Source: Cyanidioschyzon merolae
Lineage: Eukaryota
Assembly: GCA_000091205.1 (NCBI GenBank)
Contig: AP006502.2
Strand: one strand, 5' to 3'
DNA length: 64,000 bases
The translations under genes and the position numbers were made by a program. Positions within the stretch are counted from its first letter, which is position 1. Every line of letters starts with the position of its first letter. The notes below the pieces were generated by a model that saw only the letters and a list, made by a program, of their open reading frames with translations, searched no databases and was not told the DNA's origin. This document shows positions 23,401-34,426 of this stretch, one piece after another.

Positions 23401-24908
23401 CTACATGCTGTAGCGCGTCAGGATCGCTCGCCTGCTCCTTCAACAAGTGCGTACCATGAGTCATGCATCGATTCTATATGATTCCTTTCGATGCGTCCGG
23501 GACGACGTACAAGCATCACGAGCACGCAGGTATTGGTAGGAAAGAAAGCGGTGGTTCAGCCCCGGATGCACAAGATGGCGTGCGGCAAGCTTACCGAACG
23601 TCAGATGACGAGACGTTCCTATGTATGAGGCTTGATTCGATGCGATACGAATAGCAACCATGCACACAAGAACGTTCTACATCGAGGCTTGAACACCTCA
23701 ATCAACATCTGGGAACGAGTTGTACTTCCGGAGCGTACTGCGGCTTCGTGTCGAGCGATCATGAAACGTACTCGTTTCGTGCTCAGTATGAGCATTGTGC
23801 TGAATTGCTGCAGACTTTCGATGAAAATCTCGCCGGTCAAGAGAGATGGCGCAGGATTCTCGTCCAGAGCAAGGCACTGGTACGAAAAGGTCAGCAATCC
23901 AGAAACGCTGGTGCGCCATCCACAGCGATACCGGGAACGATATTCCTCGGTTAATGATGTACGATAATAGTATTCTCTTATTCGATGTTGCTGGGGTTTG
24001 TTGATGATCACGCTTTCGTGCAAACAGCGCATCCTTCGAGGACTCCATGCAGATCCCGGACTCCGCTCGTGTGAAAATCGGCGCTGCAACGTCCCATGTA
24101 GTGAGAAACTGCCCAGATAGAGCGTCCGATTTCGCTCAACTTGGTGTACACGAGTAGTTTCAACGGCAGGCATGGTGCACCAGGCAGCCTCGTCCAGCCT
24201 CTAGCCATACTATTGCGAAACCATTTATACAGGACAGAACAGCGCTCGCCCGGAGCCTAGTCTTGCGGCTGTAGACCGCTGAGCAGGACGATCGTGTGCA
24301 ACGACTTGAACGAGCGCGCCGGGTAGAGCTGTAGCATTCCAAGTGCGTTTGACGTTAAAATCCCATTAGTTCCTGGATATTCATCGGTTCAGTGCAATCC
24401 GGTGGTGCATATACGATCGTTGCGGGGCGATACTACACAGGACGCGTCTTGCGAGGACAAGCCATCTGGTCTCGTATGGTGCTATTTTGAACCTGCTTAA
24501 TGGTCTCGATGAAATTCGTGGCGCTCGCGGGTACGATATCCCACAGCAGTCATTCGCTGCATCAGGCTAAAGGTTTACAGTTTCGTGCGAAGCTACGTGC
24601 GCCTTGGATGAAGAGCGCACTCCGCGTCAATCACCACGGGTTTCACCCTCTAGAATACGATACATCCTATGCATTCGTTTAATATCGACAGTTCAGAACG
24701 AAGCTCGATCCCCGTGTTGCACACTCGATAGAGTAAGAAGCGCACAGTTGCGTCAATAGCGATATGCGTGATGCTACCCCTAACGACGCGAGGTGCACAG
24801 CGCATGGACATTGTCGTCCACTGATAGCGCTCTGGTTGTTTCAGCGCCGGGCGCTTCTGCCATAATGCGCGCCCTCGGGCATTGAGCAACGAAACGCTCT
24901 GGCACGAG

Positions 24909-26138
24909 TCACTGCCTCTTGGAAGCAGGCTTTGATGATTTGATTTTGAGTTTCTCTGAAACCGCGTCAGCACCGATCGCATCAGCGTTTGAAAGGCCCA
25001 TGAGTTTCTCAGTCTCTTCGTCAACTTTGCGCAACTGCGCGTTATCCTCCTGTAGTTTTTGTATCAGCGCCATTAACTGTGCCTTTTCTCGCTCCTGGCG
25101 CTCCAGCTGTGCCTTAAAATGTCGGATGAGTTCAGACATTTCGCGTTTCAACGTAAGGACCTCGATTTGGGCCTGGGCATTCTGCTCGCTTAGAACGCGA
25201 TTGCGCGCTTCCAGATCGTTCACCATGGCTCGGCGACGTTCACGGGAAGCGGCTGCAGCCTGGCGGTTTCGTTCCGCGCGTAGGCCATCGGGTACTCGGT
25301 CATTTGACGTAGCTTGCAACTGCTCGGCCGGCTCGCTTTCAAATCTCTTCCTGCTATCCAGGGCGTCAGCAGCGGTAACAGCTTCCGGGGCGCCACACGT
25401 TCGTGCCGAGTCTGACGCTGACCATGGACTTGGCTCTATTCGCTTCAGAGGGCTGGGCGATAAAAAGCTGGAGGCTGCCTCGTTCGCCACTGGTGCCTCC
25501 GTTTTAGTCTCTGACATCAATGGTCTTGTGGGGAGACGACCCATCGCGGGTCCAGCTGGATCATGTTCGGATCCGACATCCGAAACCACTCTCGCATCAA
25601 TCGCATTGTCCAGTGGAGTGTGAGGGCGTGGTCGTTTTGTGGCGCTGGCGGGTCGCTCGGCAACTTGGTTGCCTCCGAAGGAGCCCTCCTGACGGAGTAA
25701 CCTCACCAGTGGATCTTCGTCATCAACGAGTCCAGCAGAACTATTCTGCATCAGGAGTGTTGGCGATCCCAGTAGTTCCGTGGTCGTTGGCAAGCTGCGC
25801 AAATCTGTAAAAGGGAACTGAAAACTGAAATCGGACCCATTCAAGTTAAACGAAGTTGGCGGTGATAGGTTTTGCATGAAGTTCGGGAACGGATACCGTT
25901 GGCGCTGCGCTGCCGCCGCAGCCGCCACTGTGGCAACCGATGCAAGCTGCGCAAGCGCCGAGCTTGAACTTCCAAAGCTATCCGCGCTGCCGGGCGGGAC
26001 GTCTTCCCCGCTCCCTCGCTCAGGGAGCGAGCTCCCTTTCCTCGGAGTCTGTGTTGAGTTGCCCGGAAACGCCTGTGTTGCCAAGGACGCTCCGTCGTCA
26101 TCTTCAAAAACCGGGCCCCGCTGCCCACGAACGTTCAT
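24909..26138 (-). CDS. bZIP transcription factor
   Basis: C-terminal basic region RNRQAAAASRERRR (N-x3-AA-x2-SR-x2-R signature) followed by heptad leucines LEARNRVLSEQNAQAQIEVLTLKREMSEL. The N-terminus is long and low-complexity. ATG at 26136-26138 confirmed. Confidence 0.65.
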   Translation of the reverse strand: MNVRGQRGPVFEDDDGASLATQAFPGNSTQTPRKGSSLPERGSGEDVPPGSADSFGSSSSALAQLASVATVAAAAAAQRQRYPFPNFMQNLSPPTSFNLNGSDFSFQFPFTDLRSLPTTTELLGSPTLLMQNSSAGLVDDEDPLVRLLRQEGSFGGNQVAERPASATKRPRPHTPLDNAIDARVVSDVGSEHDPAGPAMGRLPTRPLMSETKTEAPVANEAASSFLSPSPLKRIEPSPWSASDSARTCGAPEAVTAADALDSRKRFESEPAEQLQATSNDRVPDGLRAERNRQAAAASRERRRAMVNDLEARNRVLSEQNAQAQIEVLTLKREMSELIRHFKAQLERQEREKAQLMALIQKLQEDNAQLRKVDEETEKLMGLSNADAIGADAVSEKLKIKSSKPASKRQ

Positions 26139-27186
26139 CAGCAGCGGCCGAGCTTAGCCCGAAGCGCAGGCCCCGAGGTTGCGCTGTGTGCTCAATGCTT
26201 ATGCCGCCTCCCAGGTGCGTCTGTTGTGCAAGCGTGTTACGGGACGCCCAGAACCCTGGAAGCGCGCACGTCGAAGCGGCCAGCCCTTTTGGTCAAGTCC
26301 CGCTTTTCAAGTACACACTCTTCCGTGCGACGTGTTCGCCTATGCGGTACTGGCCAATACGAGATACGCCCTGGTCGAAGGCAACCGCTGCTGTCTGGCA
26401 AGCTACGCAGCCGTGATGGCGCTTTCGGTACGGCACGGCACGGCATGGCACGGATACCATCGTGTCGACGGTGCGTGTCTCGGTGGCTGCTGTCTCATCT
26501 GCATGTCACGTGACATTTCGTGCTGCGCAGGAGATTGCCGGCATTGCCTTCGGTGCCGGTACCTCGATCGTTGCCTGCATTCGTCCGGCATCTTTTCGGG
26601 CCGAACTTACGTGAATCTACCCAGGGAACTCTGAGATACACGTTAAAGCTGGCGCTCCTTGCTACTGTCACCAAATGGAGCATTTGTGAGCTTTGTTTCC
26701 GCGACTGCTTCGTTTTCATCTGCCTTTTCTCTGGATTTAAATGCGATGGGCTCTTCTGTCTCTCCAGCTCCGTTGTCAGCAGTTGAAGGATGTTAATGAC
26801 AGCGTTCGAGTCCCGACATAAGTGCCTCCAGCTGTTGTTGGTGCATATCATGCACAGGCGGCAGTTGTTATCCATGCCGAGCATTTCATTTTCAACTTGT
26901 TTTGCATAGCATCGGTGTGCATTTTACAGCGGTGACACCCGGTTGTGGTCGGGAGTTCACCTGGGTCCATCACAGCTCCTCCTCCGAGCATCGCCTTTTG
27001 GAACATAAAGGCTCAAGGCATCGCGCGGTATATGCGCCTGAACTATGCAGAAGGCCGCCATGGATGACTTTCTTCGTTTCTGGACGTGGTACCGTCCCTT
27101 ACGATCAGTGGCTCCCTCTGGGCGATACGTTCGTCGCGTACGCCGCCGGATGCTCGCTCATGGGGCCGCTGTTCGAAACGACGGAA

Positions 27187-27964
27187 GATTTGTGGAACGC
27201 GATGTCGTTCATGATGATGAGAAAGGCACCGGAAGGATTATCCATGCCGGAGACAACGAAAAAGTCAGATCCGTTGATGCGCCCTTCGCGCTACGCGGTA
27301 GCAAGCGTTCCACGCGAAGCGACCGATGGAATGACGAAGATGCGAGTCCCAGGCCCTTTTCCGTACAAACAGAAGAGACGATTGCCCCTGGAGGCATGTC
27401 TGGGGCGGTGTATCTTGCGGGCACGGAATACGGGGCTCCGACGGCCACAAAGAGAAGCGGAGCACCCTGTCAAACGGAGCCCCGTGTTTGACGTCACAAG
27501 TTCAGTGAACTTTTAGCATGGGCGTGTCAACAGGTCATCAAAGGACAAAGTCGATTGATTCTTGCTCGCCAATTCAGGGGCGCGATATGCTACGGCCTCG
27601 AGTTGCGTCCAAGCAGAACTATCGAATAGTTGAAGAATGCGTGATTTGCGCGTGCTTGACGTAAAGAAACGAAAGGTTTCGTTGCTTGTCCATATCCACT
27701 GAAGACTGGTATCGGTTGCTTCACGGACGCTAGTTCGTTGGCGTCACGAACCATCTCGATTCCACTTGCAGTAACGTATTCCAGCGGGAACGCGTCGAGG
27801 GGGCCTCTCCTATACGAGAATCGAGGATCCTAAAACTAAGTATGTATCCTAAAACCGCAACTGTTGCACTTCTAATGTCGATGTCGTACATCTGCAAGCA
27901 AGTTCCGGAACATCGAATGCCAGGAACAAAGCGAGCAATTCAACATTCCATATCTATCTGACAC
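27187..27964. repeat. Direct repeat copy 1 (778 bp, about 98.5% identical to 33649-34426)
   Basis: Read directly: gatttgtggaacgcgatgtcgttcatgatgatga...catatctatctgacac occurs twice at a constant offset of 6462 bp with about 12 mismatches. The repeat contains TGACGTCA and aacgaaaggtttcgtt palindromes. Confidence 0.9.
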
Positions 27965-28883
27965 GGGATAGCATCTAAGGCACGACGCTACCACGCGTGC
28001 AACACGTTCCAGTACGCACAGCGCTATCCAGTACCATGCCAGATGGCGACCGACGGTCTGCATTTCGTGTGCGTTCAGGTGCAGCGTGCCGACGCCGATC
28101 GCACGGTCCGACCAAGATGCACAGGAACGTTCGGGTGCAATACGTCATCGGAAACATCGCATCGGTACACAAACGAGATCACCATGTGCTTCCCTAGGGT
28201 CGAAACTTTTCCCAAACGCCCCGTTTTCTTCCGTGTTCAATCAGGTCGCAAAGTGTCACGCAAGCAAGCTAGGCGGCGTCCTCGCGCCGCAGACACATGC
28301 AAAGGTGCTCAAGCGCGTCACTCTGAGCCTCTTCGAGAAGCTCTGCACGCCTGCGTCTACACCCTCAACTGATGCTGTGAATCATTTGCCACTGTCGCGA
28401 TTCCAAACGCACAAGCCACGCGTTTTCACAGGTTGAAATCATTGAATCTAACCGAATGCCAAGGTGTGCAGGTACTGCCTCTAGTGTCCGCGCAAGTCGC
28501 AGCTCCGCTACGGTCGCTTCTCGGTATGCTCAGCGTCAAACCCCTGTTGCCTGCTCGGAAAAATCCGTGTTTCGGGACCATGAGATCGTTCTCGCGAACG
28601 CTAAGATCGCTGATCACCCGAAAGTTTCAACATTCGGGACGGGATGCAAGCGTTAGACCCGAAGAACTACAGCATGGAAAAAGTTATCCATCAGTGCCTG
28701 GCACATGATCCACCGTGCCGGCTGATCGGTCGCGCCGATCCGCTCAACGGCAGGACGTTCGTGCCGCCCGGTGGCGTTTCCAGAATCCGGTGTATAAAGC
28801 GCCGTTGCCCAGACAAACTCGACCTGGCACTCAGGTGACCGGACAATTGTCGATTTTAGGGCAACTATAATTTTGCTTGACTT

Positions 28884-31130
28884 ATGGGAGGTGTCAGTGC
28901 GCACGAGCCGCCCGCAGCGTTTGTTATCGGTGCTTCTAGGAACAGGGTTCCGCAAGCGGACGGGACGCGTGCTTGCGTTTGGAAATCGAATTCAAGCTTC
29001 AGAGCGAGTAGGGTGCCTCGATTCAGGACTAGAATAACGTTATGGTGCGAATCAGATCGAGAAATCTTGAAGTACACTGGGAGCGAGGCGCCCCCAACCG
29101 CCAATGGCCACAACGCGCACACCGACTTGGGAGTTCAGCGTACCGGACAGGGTTTGATGTCGCACTTTCACGGGTCCAAGAACCCAGCACACTCCAACGG
29201 GCATCAACCCGTAGAACAAGGCATGAAGCACAGCGCTTCTGGGTTAAGCACGGGTCGAAGGGACGCTGGAACCGATGCGCAGCCCCGGCCGCCGGATGGT
29301 GCACCACCGCAGCAACGCGGCGCGCTGGAACCGGAACCGAACTCTCGTACAGGCGACTCGTCTGCGGTATCTGAGCGAGAGTCGATTTCGGTAACTCCCG
29401 ACGACTATTTGTCTGATTTACCAAGGAGCGTGGTCCTGGAGTCCTTGAGAGACGAATCGCTCAAGACGCTACTGTCTCCGTTGCCGAGGCCGGCACGCCT
29501 GCGGATAATTTTGATGGGGAAGCCCGCCTCTGGCAAAGGCACCCAGGCACCGCTTATCGCGCGTCGGTTTGGTATGGTCCACATATCATTGGGAACACTG
29601 TTGCGAAACGAGATACGCTCGAATACTGAACTCGGCCGCCTGACCAGCGAATATGTGCATCGTGGCGAGCTTGTTCCTGATGATCTTGCACTGGCTATCC
29701 TGAAAAAGCGACTCTCTCAAGAGGATTGCCGGAATAAGGGATTCATCTTGGATGGATTCCCCCGTACAGAGCGTCAGGCAGTTTTGCTTAATCGCGCCGG
29801 CATCGAGATCGACTACGTCATCGTACTCGAAAGACCTGACGAGGATTTGCTCGATTGGGCACGTGAGCGTCTCCTTGACCCGATTACGGGCATCATGTAT
29901 CACCCGCGGCTGGCGCCTCCGCCGCCGCACGTTGTTCACCGGCTCGAGCGCCGCTGCGACGATAAGCTGGAAATCGTGCACATGCGCTTGAGGCAGTATG
30001 CACAAGAGGCCCCAAAAATCATGGCCCAATATAGCGATCGACTTTCTATTGTGCGAACGGATAACACACGTCCGTACTTGGACACTTTTCGCGAGATCTC
30101 AGAGATTCTGGAACGCTTGATCCTCCCTCGAGACGATGAAGAGAAATGTGAAGTTCGTTTGGAAAGGACCGGCCTTTGGCGGCCGCGAGGCATACACCGC
30201 GTGGCACTTCCACGTGGCGCATTGTTCAAGGCCTTAGATTCGTTTGCACACCGCATAAGAGAGAGGGATTACGTACCGCTCTATGCGAGCACAGCTCAAG
30301 ATGCACCGCGGATCGGCCTTGTTGGACGCAACTGGGCCGCAGAGCTCCTATCCGCTGACACCGACCATGAAGTGTTTGACATTCAGCTGGAGACATGTTC
30401 AGTATTCGATGCCAGTGAGACCACAGACAGCGGATTTGTCCGTTTCCATGACGACGCTACGACGGAGAGACTGCAGCAAGTTATGCAGCGGATGCGAGAC
30501 CGCGGCCTCATCGAAGGTTGGCGAAACGAAAGGGTGCCGCTGCGGCTCGGTAATGGCCGGTACCTGGAAATTGAACGCGCCTGTATGCCGTACCTGGGCA
30601 TCGAGACGAGTGGTGTCCACATTAACGGCTACTTTTACAAAGCCGGACAAGACGGAAGACCGGAACTATTCGTGTGGCTGGCGCGTCGGTCTTGGAAAAA
30701 ACCGACATATCCGGGGCGCCTAGATCAGCTGACTGCTGGTGGTGTACCGGCCGCAGCGACCTCTGTGCTGCAGCAGGTCATGCTGGAGTTGTACGAGGAG
30801 GCGGCATATGTCGGTCCAGCGCCTGTCCCTGTCGGCTGTGTCCGCTACCGCTATGAGACGCGCAAAGGAATCTCAGCAAAAGTCCTGTATCTCTACGATT
30901 TAGAGCTTGAAGAGAACTGGAAACCCTACAACCATGATGGCGAAGTGGACGCGTTCTACGCTGTGAGCGCTGAGGAGGCGCTCGCGAGTCTAGTTGAGGC
31001 CCAGCATGAATGGAAGCCAAACTCGGCGCTGGTTCTCGTTGACTTTTTGGTTCGCCACGGTGTCTTGCATGCGGACAACGAACCGGACTATGCGGATATC
31101 ATAACTCGCTTGCACTGTTGCGGTATCTGA
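28884..31130 (+). CDS. Adenylate kinase domain fused to a C-terminal Nudix-like (DUF4743/YJR142W-type) domain
   Basis: AK domain at residues about 210-390: P-loop LMGKPASGKGTQ, ILDGFPRT, and LID-type RRCDDKLE. The C-terminus has GVHINGYFYK...KPTYPGRLDQLTAGGV plus a degenerate Nudix box LELYEEAAYVG (R-to-L, G-to-A). About 200 aa of N-terminal low complexity. ATG confirmed. Confidence 0.7.
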   Translation: MGGVSAHEPPAAFVIGASRNRVPQADGTRACVWKSNSSFRASRVPRFRTRITLWCESDREILKYTGSEAPPTANGHNAHTDLGVQRTGQGLMSHFHGSKNPAHSNGHQPVEQGMKHSASGLSTGRRDAGTDAQPRPPDGAPPQQRGALEPEPNSRTGDSSAVSERESISVTPDDYLSDLPRSVVLESLRDESLKTLLSPLPRPARLRIILMGKPASGKGTQAPLIARRFGMVHISLGTLLRNEIRSNTELGRLTSEYVHRGELVPDDLALAILKKRLSQEDCRNKGFILDGFPRTERQAVLLNRAGIEIDYVIVLERPDEDLLDWARERLLDPITGIMYHPRLAPPPPHVVHRLERRCDDKLEIVHMRLRQYAQEAPKIMAQYSDRLSIVRTDNTRPYLDTFREISEILERLILPRDDEEKCEVRLERTGLWRPRGIHRVALPRGALFKALDSFAHRIRERDYVPLYASTAQDAPRIGLVGRNWAAELLSADTDHEVFDIQLETCSVFDASETTDSGFVRFHDDATTERLQQVMQRMRDRGLIEGWRNERVPLRLGNGRYLEIERACMPYLGIETSGVHINGYFYKAGQDGRPELFVWLARRSWKKPTYPGRLDQLTAGGVPAAATSVLQQVMLELYEEAAYVGPAPVPVGCVRYRYETRKGISAKVLYLYDLELEENWKPYNHDGEVDAFYAVSAEEALASLVEAQHEWKPNSALVLVDFLVRHGVLHADNEPDYADIITRLHCCGI

Positions 31131-31415
31131 GGAGATCCGTATTCTATGCGTGCTGCCGCTGAAACCAGAGGAGAACGATGTACGCTGTGCTTGCCCCTGC
31201 GCTGGTTGGCTTCGGCATATGAACCGAGGTCGCCTACAACTGTTTGGACTGACGTTTTCCCCCCGAAGTTTCCGCGTACTTGGTTCGTTTTGGCGGCAGC
31301 ACGAGCATCATGTTGAAGCAGTAGATCCTTCGTTGCTTCGCTTCTTACTGAGCGGTTTGGATCCACAAGTTTCCGAGTAAATGCTCAAGCGAGCGAGTTA
31401 TTTTAACGTGGTTAC

Positions 31416-31420
31416 AAAAA
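31416..31420 (-). terminator. Pol III T5 terminator just 3' of tRNA-Lys
   Basis: A5 on the plus strand equals TTTTT on the tRNA strand, 7-11 nt after the discriminator base. Confidence 0.5.
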
Positions 31421-31426
31421 GGTATA

Positions 31427-31499
31427 CACCGCCAAAGGGGCTCGAACCCTTGACCCGTGGATTAAGAGTCCACTGCTCTACCGACTGAGCTATGGCGGT
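31427..31499 (-). tRNA. tRNA-Lys (anticodon CUU), 73 nt, no intron
   Basis: The reverse complement gives ACCGCCATAGCTCAGTCGGTAGAGCAGTGGACTCTTAATCCACGGGTCAAGGGTTCGAGCCCCTTTGGCGGTG. D arm GCTC/GAGC. Anticodon stem GTGGA/TCCAC with loop CTCTTAA. T arm AAGGG-TTCGAGC-CCCTT. Acceptor ACCGCCA/TGGCGGT (A1:U72). Confidence 0.9.
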
Positions 31500-33648
31500 A
31501 GTAGGAGATCTGGCGAGAATTTGATATATAAATAGGTTGGGGGTTTTGCGCGCAATTTGCGTGGCAAACGCACTGCTGCCAGCCATGATGTTGTCTCTTT
31601 TGTCTAGTATTCCATAGATGCGCGCCGTTGACGTCCGTGCGTTTGCGTTTTCCGGCTTTTGAACTCGATTATGTTCCAGCCCCGCTGCATGTAAAAGAGT
31701 GCTTTTTCGCAGTTCGTAGTGGGGGATCTGAATCGCTATGCAATTTTTTGTGTAGATCGTAGACGAATTGCCAGTAAGATATATTCCTCACTGAAACGTT
31801 CAAAGAGTACTGCATTCCTCCTTCAGTTCAATCATATCATAGTACACAGATAATTGAGGAATCTTGAAAGATGACAGATGCACTCCGCGCCAAAAACCGA
31901 TATTCCCACAGCGTCCATGCGGTCAACGGTAGACAACGACGCGTCGATCGCCTTACGAAAAGCGAAACCGACGATCATCGTCACCACGTGCGCATCAGAT
32001 ACGCACCAGCTTGCTCGTGTGGTCTTGAAAATACCAGGATGCAGTTCCAAAATATGTCCGATGACGCGACCTGCCATCTTCCACCGAAATTGCAACGATA
32101 GCGTTCCGGGGACTCCGCAATCGGTATAAAGCACAGGGACGTCGGTTTGGTTTCTCAGTCGATGGGAACTTCTTCGGACGAAACGATTGAAGCGTTTGGG
32201 GGGTTTCGCGGAGCAGGCAGCCTATTCAATGTAGGATCGAATTGGAAGAGAACGAGAACATCAGCATCTGTTCGAGCTGCAGTAGATACATTTGGCGGCT
32301 TCTGCTACGCTCGTAGAGAGGGCCCATGCAAGAGCACAAACCACTCTGTCGAACCATAGAAGACTTTTCGCCTGACGTCTAGCAGCGTCCTTCGATTCGA
32401 TCGCGCGTCATTTCACCGTTTTCCTTGCGTTCGAGCTTTTTCGGATTCCTTTGGGGTTGAGCTGCATTTCATTCCTTCGTACGCTCCGTGTTTTAACCCA
32501 TTCGAATGGGTTTTTCTATTGTGAAACGTAATGATTGCTCCACTGGGAGAATCGCGAAGCGTTCGGCATACGGTGACACACCAGAGACACATTTCATCTT
32601 TTTTGTGCAAGTACTTCTTCCTCCAAGAATATCCTCATCTAAGGACACACAGACCTGTGTTCATTTTAGAAAACTTAAAGGATGAGCTGGGGCCTGCACT
32701 TCAGAATGTCGTGATGGAGAGGCGGTAGCGGGGCGCATCGTCGATAGAATACCACGGTGAGCTGGGAGAGCACCAATTGACACACAGGATACGAGTTCGA
32801 GGACTTGTCGCATTGGTGAGTACCGCCAGCGGCAAGAAACGCTTCGAGTTCGTGCACCAAGACTCTAACGCCGCCATCCATATCAGAAGGTATACAGTGC
32901 TGAAGACGATACCAACAGAGCGGACGGAATGCAACCTTGAGGGGCAGCCTCCCAGGCTCGAAAAGTGCAATCAGAAGCTGAAACTGATAGCAGGGGGCCG
33001 GTCGAAGAAGGCTGAAAAGTGTCTCCACGTCGGTATTGCTTTACTGTATGGTCGCGGAATGTTCTCGCTCCTCTGAACGAGTGAAGTCCACCGACTCGAG
33101 CAACCATAGTTCAGCTGCAGTGTCTTTCCATCCGAATCAACAATAGCCATTACATGCTTTTTCTGCGACTGTTGCCTTTTCCTCTCGCTTGTCTCCGTTA
33201 TCTAATACGTGCGTTCCTGTCCCTCCAGCGTTGTTTTCAGTAGTCGAAAAGTGTTCGTGACAGTGTTCAAGTTCCGATTTCGCCGCTTCGGGCCGTTTTC
33301 CATGCATTTCATCCACAGGGAGTAGTTGCAGACTACGCTTCGCTTGCCATTCGCATCTTGTTTGTTTACAGATTCGACGCGCCCTTCGCAGCGGTGACAC
33401 ATAGTAACGATCATGAATGGGCACATGTGCCCATCAGCTCCCCTTACGTGTGCCGTCCTGTGGCGCATGAAGGCTTGTTTTCGCGTCCGGCTCATGCCTG
33501 TGACGTGTAAAGAGGGGTCCCAGGAATACCCTCCGCCGTTTTTGCGCCCGCTCTAGTACCGAAGGACGACGGGCTTCACCTGCGCGATATCCTCGGAGTG
33601 CATAATCCCCGCCACACGAGCGAGCACACGCTACTCCACTCGATAGAG

Positions 33649-34426
33649 GATTTGTGGAACGCGATGTCGTTCATGATGATGAAAAAGGCACCGGAAGGAT
33701 AATCCATGCCGGAGACAACGAAAAAGTCAGATCCGTTGATGCGCCCTTCGCGCTACGCGGTAGCAAGCGTTCCACGCGAAGCGACCGATGGAATGACGAA
33801 GATGCGAGTCCCAGGCCCTTTTCCGCACAAACAGAAGAGACGATTGCCCCTGGGGGCATGTCTGGGACGGCGTATCTTGCGGGCACGGAATACGGGGCTC
33901 CGACGGCCACAAAGAGAAGCGGAGCACCCTGTCAAACGGAGCCCCGTGTTTGACGTCACAAGTTCAGTGAACTTTTAGCATGGGCGTGTCAACAGGTCAT
34001 CAAAGGACAAAGTCGATTGATTCTTGCTCGCCAATTCAGGGGCGCGATATGCTACGGCCTCGAGTTGCGTCCAAGCAGAACTATCGAATAGTTGAAGAAT
34101 GCGTGATTTGCGCGTACTCGACGTAAAGAAACGAAAGGTTTCGTTGCTTGTCCATATCCACTGAAGACTGGTATCGGTTGCTTCACGGACGCTTGTTCGT
34201 TGGCGTCACGAACCATCTCGATTCCACTTGCAGTAACGTATTCCAGCGGGAACGCGTCGAGGGGGCCTCTCCTATACGAGAATCGAGGATCCTAAAACTA
34301 AGTATGTATCCTAAAACCGCAACTGTTGCACTTCTAATGTCGATGTCGTACATCTGCAAGCAAGTTCCGGAACATCGAATGACAGGAACAAAGCGAGCAA
34401 TTCAGCATTCCATATCTATCTGACAC
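33649..34426. repeat. Direct repeat copy 2 (778 bp)
   Basis: See copy 1. The older, more diverged homology (about 65%) continues upstream: 26780-27186 matches 33215-33648. Confidence 0.9.

Noticed and set aside
27195-27270. ATGATGA (C-box-like) motif inside the repeat suggesting a C/D snoRNA
   Set aside because: There is no appropriately spaced CTGA D box or terminal stem on the same strand.
27187-34426. Interpreting the 778-bp direct repeats as LTRs of a retrotransposon
   Set aside because: The 5.7-kb interior holds a host-type AK-Nudix gene and a tRNA gene, with no gag/pol/RT motifs (no YxDD, no integrase signature seen). No target-site duplication is evident at the borders. I call it a segmental duplication or gene-conversion tract.
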